A DNA stretch of 63,655 bases, counting the filler, from Octopus bimaculoides (Eukaryota), in assembly GCF_001194135.2 (NCBI RefSeq). It is 6 parts of 5 records of this genome, joined end to end, with 100 filler letters (N's around TTAATTAATTAA, not from the genome) between each part and the next. Parts side by side here need not be neighbours in the genome. Positions count along the whole stretch, not along the records: positions 1 to 16,448 come from NC_069007.1; positions 16,549 to 32,498 come from NC_068998.1; 4 more parts are not named here. One strand, given 5' to 3'. Below the pieces are notes generated by a model. It searched no databases. It was not told the origin of the DNA and saw only the letters and a list, made by a program, of their open reading frames with translations. Shown here piece after piece: positions 10,400 through 21,189 of this stretch. The first letter of the stretch is position 1; every line of letters begins with the position of its first letter. The translations under genes and the position numbers were made by a program.

Positions 10400-11387
10400 G
10401 AATGAAAGGTAGATTATATGATGCATGTGTGTGAACTGCCATGCTTCACGGCAGTGAAACATGGGCTATGATTGCGGAGGATATGTGTAGGCTTGAAAGA
10501 AATGAAGCTAGCATGGTCCACTGGATGTGTAATGTCAGTGTGCACACACGACAGAGTGTAAGCACCCTGAGAGAAATGTTGGACATAAGATGTATCAGAG
10601 GTGGTGTGCAAGGGAGACAACTGTGCTGGTATGGTCATGTGGTATGTATGGATGTGAAGAAGTGTCACTCCCTAACAGTGGAAGGAACCCATGGAAGAGG
10701 GAGACCCAGGAAGACATGGGATGAGGTGGTGAAGCATGACTTTCGAACAGTGAGACTCACAGAGGCAATGACATACGACCAAGACCTCTGGAGATATGCT
10801 GTGATTGAGAAGAGCCAGCAAGGAAAGTAAGATCACAATCATAGCCTACACCAGTGTCACATAACCAGCCCATTTAAAAAGTACCTTTGAATCATTGGGC
10901 AACATTCCGTGCTTGAGGAGGCCTATTGACTCTAGTAAATCAAAATCAAATCAAATCACAATCAAATGGAAATTGTAGTGGTGGCCATTACCAGTGCTGG
11001 TGGCACATTATAAGCACCATTCACTCATGCATGAGTTGCTGCCAGAACCACCTGACTGGCTCCCTGTACTGGTGGCACGTAAAAGCACCATCCAAACTTG
11101 GTCAATGCCAGCCCACCCGCTCTGACTGGTTCTTTTGCTGGTGGCACATAAAAAGGACCATCTGAACGTGGCTAATGTCAGTGCCACCTGACTGGCTCCC
11201 ATGCCAGTGGAACGTAAAAAGCACGCACTACACTCTCGGAGTGTTTGGTGTTAGGAAGGGCATCCAGCTGTAGAAACATTGCCTAATCAGATTGGAGCCT
11301 GGTGTGGCCACATGGCTTGCCAGTCTCCAGTGAAACCATCCAACTCATTCCAGCATGGAGAACGGACACTAAACGATGATGATGATG
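10400..11387 (+). mobile_element. RTE-clade LINE 3' end (ORF C-terminus, 3' UTR with internal repeats, (GAT)n tail)
   Basis: ORF 10441-10830: LHGSETWAM..EDMCRLERNEASMVHWMC...WYGHVV...VEGT.GRGRPRKTWDEVV..D; the 3' UTR repeats cacctgactggctccc...gtggcac/gtggaacgtaaaa; ends actaaacgatgatgatgatg. Confidence 0.9.
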
Positions 11388-11910
11388 ACTTCTTGAACTG
11401 AAGAAAACAGTGATATATAATTAATTTAATTTAATTAAAGTAATTTAATTATTTCTGTTCAACCATGAATTTGCATGATTTTAATATCGCTGTTCAAAAC
11501 GATCGTCTTCATGAATTAAAATTCTGTTANNNNNNNNNNNNNNNNNNNNNNNNNNNNNNNNNNNNNNNNNNNNNNNNNNNNNNNNNNNNNNNNNNNNNNN
11601 NNNNNNNNNNNNNNNNNNNNNNNNNNNNNNNNNNNNNNNNNNNNNNNNNNNNNNNNNNNNNNNNNNNNNNNNNNNNNNNNNNNNNNNNNNNNNNNNNNNN
11701 NNNNNNNNNNNNNNNNNNNNNNNNNNNNNNNNNNNNNNNNNNNNNNNNNNNNNNNNNNNNNNNNNNNNNNNNNNNNNNNNNNNNNNNNNNNNNNNNNNNN
11801 NNNNNNNNNNNNNNNNNNNNNNNNNNNNNNNNNNNNNNNNNNNNNNNNNNNNNNNNNNNNNNNNNNNNNNNNNNNNNNNNNNNNNNNNNNNNNNNNNNNN
11901 NNNNNNNNNN

Positions 11911-11947
<37 letters not shown>

Positions 11948-12519
11948 TATATCGCCCCCCTCCCACACACATATAGATAGATAGATAGGTAGATAGATAG
12001 ATAGATAAACAATCACATCATACCCTGCCACATATATTATGGCCTCCATGCCTTGCGGGTATGCCCTGGAAGTTACTACTTATCTCTCTTCCATACTCTA
12101 TCATCCCATCTATGCTCTGATCCCCATTCCTTGTGAGTATACCCTAGCACTTCACCACCATCTCTCGCTCTCCTGCTCTCTCTTTCACTCTTGCTGTCTC
12201 ACACACACACTCTCTCTCTTTCCCTTGCTCTTCCCTCTGGTTAAGAAACCAAGTATCTCCTTTACAGCAGCACATCTGTTTCTGTCCTCTTTCTTGTAAA
12301 CTCTTTCTCTCTTTTTCTCCCCGTCTCTCCCCGTACCTCTCTCTCTTTCTGCCTGGGTAACCATGTACCTCTTCTACAACAAAACATCTGTTTCTGTCTC
12401 TCTGTCACACTCTAACCTTTCTTCATCTGACACAAGATCACCACCTCCAATGGCCCCTCCTCTCTCAGAAATTCTTTGTCTCGGTGACCCTGCCAGTGCT
12501 AGTGCCACTTTAAAAGCAT

Positions 12520-12780
12520 CCAGTTCACATTGTAAAGTGGTTGGCATTTGAAAGGGCAGCCAGCTGTAAAAGCCATTCCCAAACTGACCTCTGCTACTAT
12601 AGCACCTGTGCTGGTGCCACATAAAAAGCACATAGCCCACTCTGTGGGATGGTTGCTGTTAGGAAGGACATCCAGCTGTAAAAACCATACCAAAACAGAT
12701 ACAGAAGCCAGGTGCAGTCTTCTGTCTGGCCAGCTCCTGTCAAACCATCCAACCCATGCCAGCACGGAAAGAGGATGTTC
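12520..12780 (+). mobile_element. RTE-type 3' UTR fragment, diverged
   Basis: gtgctggtgccacataaaaagcac...ttaggaaggacatccagctgta...ccatccaacccatgccagcacggaaag. Confidence 0.7.
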
Positions 12781-13259
12781 TGTGTTCAAACTGATCGGAT
12801 CCAGCATCTCACGCCTACCCTACAATGTCATTCTAAGGATAAAGAATCACATCAAAATCACATATTCATAAGGTTGTGGTTTCAATTTCTAGACTAGACA
12901 GCGTGCTGTGCCCTTGAGCTAGTTACTTCATTTCACATTGCTCCATGATGATGATGATGATGATGATACNNNNNNNNNNNNNNNNNNNNNNNNNNNNNNN
13001 NNNNNNNNNNNNNNNNNNNNNNNNNNNNNNNNNNNNNNNNNNNNNNNNNNNNNNNNNNAGCTAGTTACTTCATTTCACATTGCTCCATGATGATGATGAT
13101 GATGATGATACATACATATATATGTATCATCATCATCATCAACATTATCATCACTGTTATTTGTAATAAAGAGCCAGCTGTTACTGAGCAGTTATGATTA
13201 TGATTTAGTAACAAGCACTTTCTTGAGCACCTTCTCTTTCCCATAAACCCAGTGACACA

Positions 13260-13700
13260 TCCAGGATGTGACAGATGGAGAGAAGGAGGGTCACACTAAC
13301 ACTCATATGCTACTTGTTATAGATGAGTAGACTGGAGCAATGTCGAATGAAGTACCTTGCTCAAGGGCACAACATGTCTAGTCTAGAAACTGAAACTACA
13401 ACCTCTTGCATATGCAATTTCAATGTGACCTTTTTAAATGCCATAAATAATCGAAAACAAATCAAAGGTCCTTCTTGAGCCGTAGGCTCATAAGGCCAGT
13501 TTCCCTGTTGCAGGATTACTATTTTTGCTTGCTGGGTGAACTGGAGCAACATGATATAAAGTGTTTCGGTCAAGAACACCATGCATCTCCTGCTCTAGGA
13601 ATTGAAACAACAATCTTACAACCCGCCATGCCATAAATAATAATTACAGTAATTGTGGTTTCAAATTTTGGCACAAGACCAGAAAATTTGGGGACGAGGT
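13260..13700 (-). mobile_element. Cluster of decayed SINE fragments
   Basis: Two ctggagcaa.(g/a)t...ttgctcaag/tcaagaacac segments plus a family B tail (tttcaaattttggcacaagacc). Confidence 0.55.
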
Positions 13701-14019
13701 TAAGTCAATTAGATCAACACCTGAGACCATGGTGCTCACACATTCCTAAACCTGTGACCCACATTAGCACTGAATATCTTGTACTGGCTTGTCTCTGGAT
13801 TATGTCAATCGGGTGGAGAGAGTCTGTGAGGTGTTGTGCAAGCTTTATTGGATCTAAAATTGTAAGCTGTGTGATTGCCAGTGAGGCTACTTTCTGATGC
13901 CTGGTTAAATTGGGGTGCTGTGCCAAGTGTGGAAGCGACGGGTGTGAGCCCAAGTGAAGTGCAATAACCATTTTGCTAACATTTTTCATTGGCAATGGTC
14001 AGTCACGAGTAGACAGCCA

Positions 14020-14345
14020 TTATCGTGTTAGTTCCCTCCCACTGACAACCTGTATTAGTTTGTTTACGCCCCCGTAACTTAGCGGTTCGGTAAAAGGAAC
14101 CGGTAGAATAAGTAGCTGACTTTAAAAAAAAAATTAAGTATTGTTGTCGATTTGTTGGCGGAGGTAAAGAATACGAACACCACCCGTTTTCAGTGTAACC
14201 CTAACCCGAACCCTAAACTTTAACCCTACCCGTAACCCTAAACACTGGGTGTGCATATTCTTTACCTTCGCCCATTTGTTTGACTCTAAACCGTTCAATG
14301 TACGTCCCAGATTGGTTGCAGTCCACAGACTGAAATAAATAAAAG
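14020..14345 (+). mobile_element. SINE family A 3' half, split by a MITE at 14157-14272
   Basis: gtttacgcccccgtaacttagcggttcgg...agaataagta...gtcgatttgtt|...|catttgtttgactc...gcagtccacagactgaaataaataaaaga. Confidence 0.75.
14157..14272. mobile_element. 116-bp MITE with 25-bp TIRs and a telomere-like (CCCTAA)-type interior
   Basis: Left ggcggaggtaaagaatacgaacacc versus reverse-complemented right ggcgaaggtaaagaatatgcacacc (22/25); flanks gatttgtt (14149-14156) and catttgtt (14273-14280); interior taaccctaacccgaaccctaaactttaaccctacccgtaaccctaa. Confidence 0.85.
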
Positions 14346-14409
14346 AAAAGATATGTTGTATATTATTCTGCTTCATACTGGTCAAAATGCTTAACGACTC
14401 CAGTATGTA

Positions 14410-14848
14410 ACTAGTACTTATTTAATCGACCTGACCCCGAAATGATGAAAGGCAAAGTCGACCTTGGCGACTTTTTTTTTCAAAATTTTTATTAATATTT
14501 CGTCAGACTTTTCAACTGTCTGCTTTTATGAAAAGAACGTCGCAGTGATAAAAGTCGAAGTGATAAAAGTCGAAGTGCGACAATTCGGTTCAAATATAAC
14601 ACGATGTAATAAAGAAATATATTGTGAAAAGAAAATTGTTACAAATTTACAAGTCATAAGTGTTTTGTTGAATTTAAGGAGTAAAAAAGTCTTTACGTTC
14701 TGAGTTCAAATTCCGCCGAGGTCGACTTTACCTTTCATTCTTTCGGGGTCAATAAAATAAGTACCAGTTGAATGCTGGTGTGATGTAATTGACTTAATCC
14801 CACCCTGAAATTTTCTGGCCTTTTGTCAAAATTTGAAACCATTATTAG
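14410..14848. mobile_element. Two SINE family B pieces in inverted orientation (14410-14470 minus; 14690-14848 plus)
   Basis: gtacttatttaatcg...ccccgaaatgatgaaaggcaaagtcgacc faces ...ggtcgactttacctttcattctttcggggtcaataaaataagtac. Confidence 0.75.
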
Positions 14849-16394
14849 AAAGTGATATATCTTACGGTGGCTTTATTTTTCAGATAAGTAATGCAAGAAA
14901 TATAGAGTGGAAATGAAAAGAGAGGTCAAAATCTCGATGCTCCGACACATTAGTTCACACAAAATTTAGCTGTTGAACTTGTAAGTGAAAGAATGTATTG
15001 TCTAATAAATTTAGGTCTATTCTTATAAGAATTAATCTAATATTTCTCTCTTCGGTTTAAAACTCTACAATGTGTAAAATGTTTCCAAATTAAGCATGTC
15101 AATATCCTACATAGTTGAAACAGCAGAGAAAAAAAAAATCTAAACAAAGAAGGTAACATGCTACTGAAAGCAAAAATAATTCAAGAAAATTCGGAGAATT
15201 TTTCAAACTCTACATTAAGTTTTCATTATTCGAAATTAATATATTCGATAGTGACTATTATTCAGATATATATTAATGGTTTTTTATTTGTGAAAATTTT
15301 ATTCTAGTACTCGACTTGTACTTTATTTTATCAACTCCCGATTGATAAACGGTAAAGTCGAACTCGGTGGGGTTTTTGAGTCCATAACCTAAAGAACCAA
15401 TACATATACCGCATTCAGCTTTGTAGTAAATGCAAGAAACACATGTTAATTAGAAATGAGAAGGGAGATTAAACGAAATCTATCTGCTCTACATGGTCGA
15501 AAAATCAGAGAAGAAAATCTGGAGAAGCAAAATGTGCCACTGAGATAAAAAATATTTGAAGGAAAATCAGAAAATTTTCTAAAAACAGTATTAGTCTTTT
15601 GTTTTATTCTTCGGAAATAATATATTTATGGAGAATAAAATGTAATAATGTTGAAAGAAACACATGTTAATAGGAAAGGAAAGGGGAGATTATTAATGGA
15701 AGAGGAAGCAACCATTGAACTTTTAAACATTTCCTCTTGGAAGTTTCGAATAATTTTTATTTTAAATATTGAAAGGTTTTTTTTTTAATATTAAATTTAA
15801 CTTGTAGTTTCTACAGAAACTACATTCAAATGAATTTATTTTATTTATAGTTAATCCATCTACACATGTAAATGAGAATGTTGTACAGAAATGTTTTGTC
15901 CTATCGTTTAATAAAAATTGAAATAAAACAAAAAATTCTTTTCTCTCGTGTATTGTTTTAAGTTCAGTTACACATATCGACGTATATCATTTAACAAAAC
16001 ATGTTAATAAAAGAATGTCAGCAATGTTAGACTACAATTAGTTATATTGTGAAGAAAAAAATGTGTTGATTCCAAGCAAAAATATTTCCTTTAATATAAT
16101 CCAATAAATATTCCCTTCGTGACATTAATTAACAAACGATTTTCATACGTCATGTTGTAATATTTGATTTCATTTATTAACCTTTAATCAAACTGATAAA
16201 GTCACGATTTTGTCTACGGAAAAAGTCGCATTTAATTTCAAAATATGTAAATAATAAGTTAGAGATTAAACAATATTTTGAAGTCGTTTAACAGACAATA
16301 TACATGTACACAACATGTAAAAATGTTTCACCTGAATAACGTAATACATATAACATGTATTTGCATATAATGTGTATGTACACACGCATATGTG

Positions 16395-16448
<54 letters not shown>

Positions 16449-16548
16449 NNNNNNNNNNNNNNNNNNNNNNNNNNNNNNNNNNNNNNNNNNNNTTAATTAA
16501 TTAANNNNNNNNNNNNNNNNNNNNNNNNNNNNNNNNNNNNNNNNNNNN
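16449..16548. other. Scaffolding linker N44-TTAATTAATTAA-N44
   Basis: Exactly 100 bp; identical linkers at 32499, 41920, 48183 and 62427; the 12-mer has stops in all six frames. Confidence 0.9.
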
Positions 16549-16847
16549 GAGTAGGTTAATTTCTAGAACTGCATGCTGACCCTTGAATAAATATCTAATA
16601 TCTGTTGAATTTCATTATCATTTCCATCGACAAAGTTTTCTCCTTCTGTCGCATGCTGTTTTAGAAAAAAAAACCCGTGTGTAAAAAAACAAAACAAAAA
16701 CACGTGTGTGATTTATTTATAAACAGCTAAAAGAAAACACATTTCAGAGTAGTACGGACAATACTGGTAAGTGGTTCAGTTATTTCCCTTGAATATTTTT
16801 TGTTTTCTTTTTTTAACTCCCTAAACTTGAAGATTACCGGGTTAGGC

Positions 16848-16935
16848 TTAGTGTTACGGTTACAGTTTTAGGGTCAGGGTTAGGGTTTTAGGGTTAGTGT
16901 TTAGGGCTATGGTTTAGGGTTAGTGTTAGGGTTAA
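16848..16935 (+). repeat. Degenerate interstitial telomere-like (TTAGGG) tract
   Basis: gggttaggcttagtgttacggttacagttttagggtcagggttagggttttagggttagtgtttagggctatggtttagggttagtgttagggtta. Confidence 0.75.
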
Positions 16936-17769
16936 GTAATTGTGCGGATGTTAATCTGCAAAATTACCGAAATGTGAAAACTACCGATCCTGCCATCTAT
17001 TATAACTTTTGTTGTTCTGTTTAATATATACATAGATTATGCCTCCAAAGAAGAGAGCTTGATGGGGAAAGAAAGCAACCGGTTTAAAAAGACAGCAACA
17101 GACTACAGCAATTCACCACATTCCAGAAACTACTTTGAACATAATGCAAAATGGTGCATCAACATCTTCTGCTCAATCTGTTAGAATTCTGGCAAAAATG
17201 TGTAGCAACAGATCGCCAGCAATTGCTTCATCAGAAATTGCCGTCCTAGCTCCTGCTAAAAGGGATTACCCTGCTATGTATAATCAGGGCAGTACAAAAA
17301 GTTGTTTTGCACATATCATTTGTATAGTCAATTAGATGGATGAAATTTACGTACGATTAATAATGTTACGCAAAACAGCCTTCAAACTTGCCCTTTTCAT
17401 TTCATCGTCTTTTGAATTACGAACATATTTACATCATAAGGGTTTTTTCGTTGTAAGTCTTTCTTTTTTAGTTGATTTTCACCTAGCAAGACTTATCGTA
17501 GATGGCGTAATAAGTCACACCCGGACAACGTCGGATTATACTGCTAGTATATATATATATATATATATATAAGCTAAGCAGAGTTGGCGGTTGTAGTAAC
17601 CGTCTAAGGGATAAAAGTATCCGCATTTACTATCGGTATCAATTACCTGTGCTATCCCTAGGCATGGGTATGCAGGCACAGTATGCTCATAGGGTACAGA
17701 TAACAACAGAATAAACGGAAGTTTATCAGAAATCAAATTTAAATAATCAGAGGGAGAAAACTTTTGATC

Positions 17770-19640
17770 AACAAAGAGGTTTGACTAGATCTGGAAACGC
17801 ATATGGATCGATTTCTCATATATGCAGTTCCCGACTACTACCATATTCATCACATATTAAGGCAATAATCACCAGTTATTTTGGAGGTATCCAGTTATGC
17901 CTCAGAACAGCCTACTTTACACCTCGGTGGTAAGGCTTTGAGAAAAGGATTATAACTGAGTGCACAATTTTCTCCATTGTTTTCATCACTGGAATGAATC
18001 TCCTCATATTAACTGTTGATAGTGAAGCCCATGGACCAACAATGAAATCAGGCAGCCGTCAGTACTCAATACGTGGTTTCATGGATGGAATCATGGTGAT
18101 AACTACAACTCATGTGGGGGAAGGAACGGTGTTGACTTATCTTTGAACACATGGAAACGTGGGCTAGAATGAAGTTTAAGCCCCCAAATCTAGGAGTATG
18201 ATGATCAGCAATGGCAAAACATCAAACAAAATCAAGCTACAAGTGCATAGAGAGGCCACGCCATCGAACAAAATCGGATTAAATACCTTGGAAAGATATT
18301 TGACAATTCGCTCGCAGAGAGAAGCAATGTCTCAAATACTGAGAATCACGTAGAGGAGTGACTGAAGAGGATTGAAAGATCATGGATTCTAGGAAAATAC
18401 AGGGCATGACTCTACCAACACACACCAACGTCTTCCAAGACTCATATGGTTATTGATGCTCTAAGAGATTCCAATGGAAAGAGTGGAAAGAGTGGAGAGG
18501 AAGGTAAATAAATATCTCTGAAGATGGCTAGGTGTTTTACCACGCTTCACTTCAGCAGGCCTGACAGCTACAACTCTACCTGTCATTCGTAGTGGAGAAA
18601 TTTAAAGTAGCAAAATGTAATGTTGATATGATGTACAGAGACGCACAGGATGAGCTTTTCAGGCATGTAGTGATTACAACATGGTTCGGATGAAAGTGGG
18701 TACCTAGCACCACAGTCACTTAGGCTGAAGACATGCTGAAGACATTGGATTTAGATGCAGAGTTCACCAGGGTCTCAGTTCTTCCCATTTACAACAATGG
18801 AATGAGGCAGGCATCAAGGCGAGGATGGCAATGGTTCAGACGGAAGTGCAGTAACAGGAGGAAGAAAGATCAAGAGCTGTGGAGCAGGTGTCTCAGGGTG
18901 CCTAAACTAAATAGGACTTCCATATGAGGATGGTCACATGACCAGACTTGTGGAGACTGGAACCTTTCCGCATATCCTCTTTGCTGCTAGCAGTGTATCT
19001 TACACTTCTGACGCCAACAAACCTGCACCGATGGGGTTTGAAGGAAGACCAGCTCCGTAGACTTTGTGAAGACCAGGCCTCACTGGCACACATCTTGTCA
19101 GGGTGCAGAAAAGCACTTTCTCAAGGAACATACAAGTAGCGCTATGATGGCATACTTGCAATACCTACACACACCCTGGGGCAGGAAGGGCTCAAGAAAA
19201 ATCATCATCAGAGGAAAAGAACAGCAGCAATTAAATTCCTGAAAGATGGAGAAAGGCCACTAAAGTCAGCAAAAAAGACAAGTAGCTTGCTGCATGGACC
19301 CCGTTCATGTGATATAAAAGTGGACTTACAGTTTCCCTTGGTCGCCCAAACAACCTTGAGGAATGAGAGGAAAAGAGCAAAGGGTGGCTGAGCGCAGGAT
19401 GGGAGAGGCAGCTGAAAGAACCTCTTGTTGGATTTGAAGCAAGAGAGAAGAGTTAAGCTGGAAACCACGAAGAGGTGAAGAGCAGTGTTTTGAACACCTC
19501 TGGTGAACCACCAACGGGAGTGTGTTATGGGTCAGGGTGAACGGTACCTGATGAACATTGGTTACCGTCTCATGACATCAGTTCCTCCTGGCCAAAGCCC
19601 CATTCACTTTGGCGAGTGGAAATAACACCTCCTACCAGGA
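17770..19640 (+). mobile_element. HERO-clade (R2-group, RLE-type) non-LTR retrotransposon, 5'-truncated and degenerate
   Basis: Broken frames: LDLETAYGSISH; IITECTISPLF; IRGFMDG; WARMKFKPPKSRSM; KYLGKIFDNSL; W.LEPFRISSLLLAVY.TL.TPTNLHRWG...RLCEDQASLAHILSGCRKALSQGTY (CCHC knuckle); then RLE-like remnants. The 3' end abuts (CA)n. Confidence 0.8.
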
Positions 19641-19647
19641 ATTACTA

Positions 19648-19674
19648 ACACACATGCACACACATGCACATGCA

Positions 19675-19723
<49 letters not shown>

Positions 19724-19939
19724 GTGGTAAATGAAGAGGGATCCGGCTGTTCTGTACTTACTCCTGCCAATACTGGCAAACAAAATATATATATCTCGAT
19801 ATTTCGATTGAGAGACAATACTATTTTGTACGTGTTTAATACAAAATCCGGAAGATTATTTCAGTCGTAGAATATAAAGTAAGAAGCATATATATATGTA
19901 TGTATATATATATATATATATATGTGTGTATGTGTATGT

Positions 19940-20030
<91 letters not shown>
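19648..20030. repeat. (CA)n tract (19648-19720) and (TA)/(TG)n tract (19888-20030)
   Basis: Direct observation. Confidence 0.9.
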
Positions 20031-20033
<3 letters not shown>

Positions 20034-20745
20034 CGTCAATGTAAACCTCTATGATATTAAGCCATTTGAGAACAGACAATCAAATGTACACGCTACCGAT
20101 TTACTAAGGAACAATACATCGAATGGTGTAGTCCTATATAGGCTACTTTGTAAGCAAATAAGGCCGTAAAGCGTGCTTGTTCAAACCCCGGCCCCGATAC
20201 ATATGACTGACCTGAAACTAAGCAACATAGAAAAATCTCTCCACACTTTGAAAAAAAAAAAATTATTATATACAACTCGACAAATATGGGTCGTATATTT
20301 GGAAAGAGTTAAAATATATGCTTAACTTTATATTTATTTTAGCAAATTAATTTTTCGTTGTTATTTGAATTCTATCTCATAGACATTTACTTGAAAATGA
20401 AAATAAAATTATGAAGTTTTTGCCTCAATAGCATATGAAAGTTTGAAATATGATTTAAGTCCGAAATCTTCGTATCATATTTCCATGTCATTTAAAGTTG
20501 TGAACGCTAATTATAACCTTTAGGAATTTTATATAACAACCAATACTTGATGCCACCTTTTAACTGATTGTAGAATTTATTCTGAAAACTATCACATCTT
20601 TGGACTGATACATATTCATGGAAATGCTTTGGGATGTTGACATTTTACTGCAACTGTAATCTAGAATATTGTCATGTCAGAAAATATATATGAATATTTC
20701 ACTGTATATATGTCATGTAATTACTATATATATATATATATCCAT

Positions 20746-20895
20746 ATCAAAAAATAAGCTACACGGATTTCAAAGGTGATTGCAGTACGCACGTTTCATG
20801 CTACTCCAATTTATTTAAGTACTTAAATAAATTGGAGTAGCATGAAATGTGCGTACTGCAATCACCTTTGAAATCCGTGTTGCTTATTTTTTGAT
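20746..20895. repeat. Spacer-less 150-bp palindrome (75-bp arms, 2 mismatches)
   Basis: Centre ...ttatttaagt|acttaaataa... at 20820/20821; 20761-20820 is the reverse complement of 20821-20880 except one C/T. Confidence 0.97.
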
Positions 20896-21143
20896 TTTGA
20901 TCACCTATCCTTTTGGGATACGATATTTGGGTGCCTACGCATAAGTACCATATTCAACCTTGAATCTATATATATATCCATNNNNNNNNNNNNNNNNNNN
21001 NNNNNNNNNNNNNNNNNNNNNNNNNNNNNNNNNNNNNNNNNNNNNNNNNNNNNNNNNNNNNNNNNNNNNNNNNNNNNNNNNNNNNNNNNNNNNNNNNNNN
21101 NNNNNNNNNNNNNNNNNNNNNNNNNNNNNNNNNNNNNNNNNNN

Positions 21144-21189
<46 letters not shown>

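Noticed and set aside
14885-16330. Loosely repeated aatgcaagaaa/aacacatgttaat...gggagatt motifs
   Set aside because: Too short and diverged in AT-rich DNA to define a unit by eye.
19520-19590. ctgatga in the HERO 3' UTR as a hammerhead
   Set aside because: No correctly placed GAAA or stems.
20110-20200. tRNA-like segment with gttcaaacc B-box
   Set aside because: Cloverleaf cannot be folded; at most a decayed SINE head.
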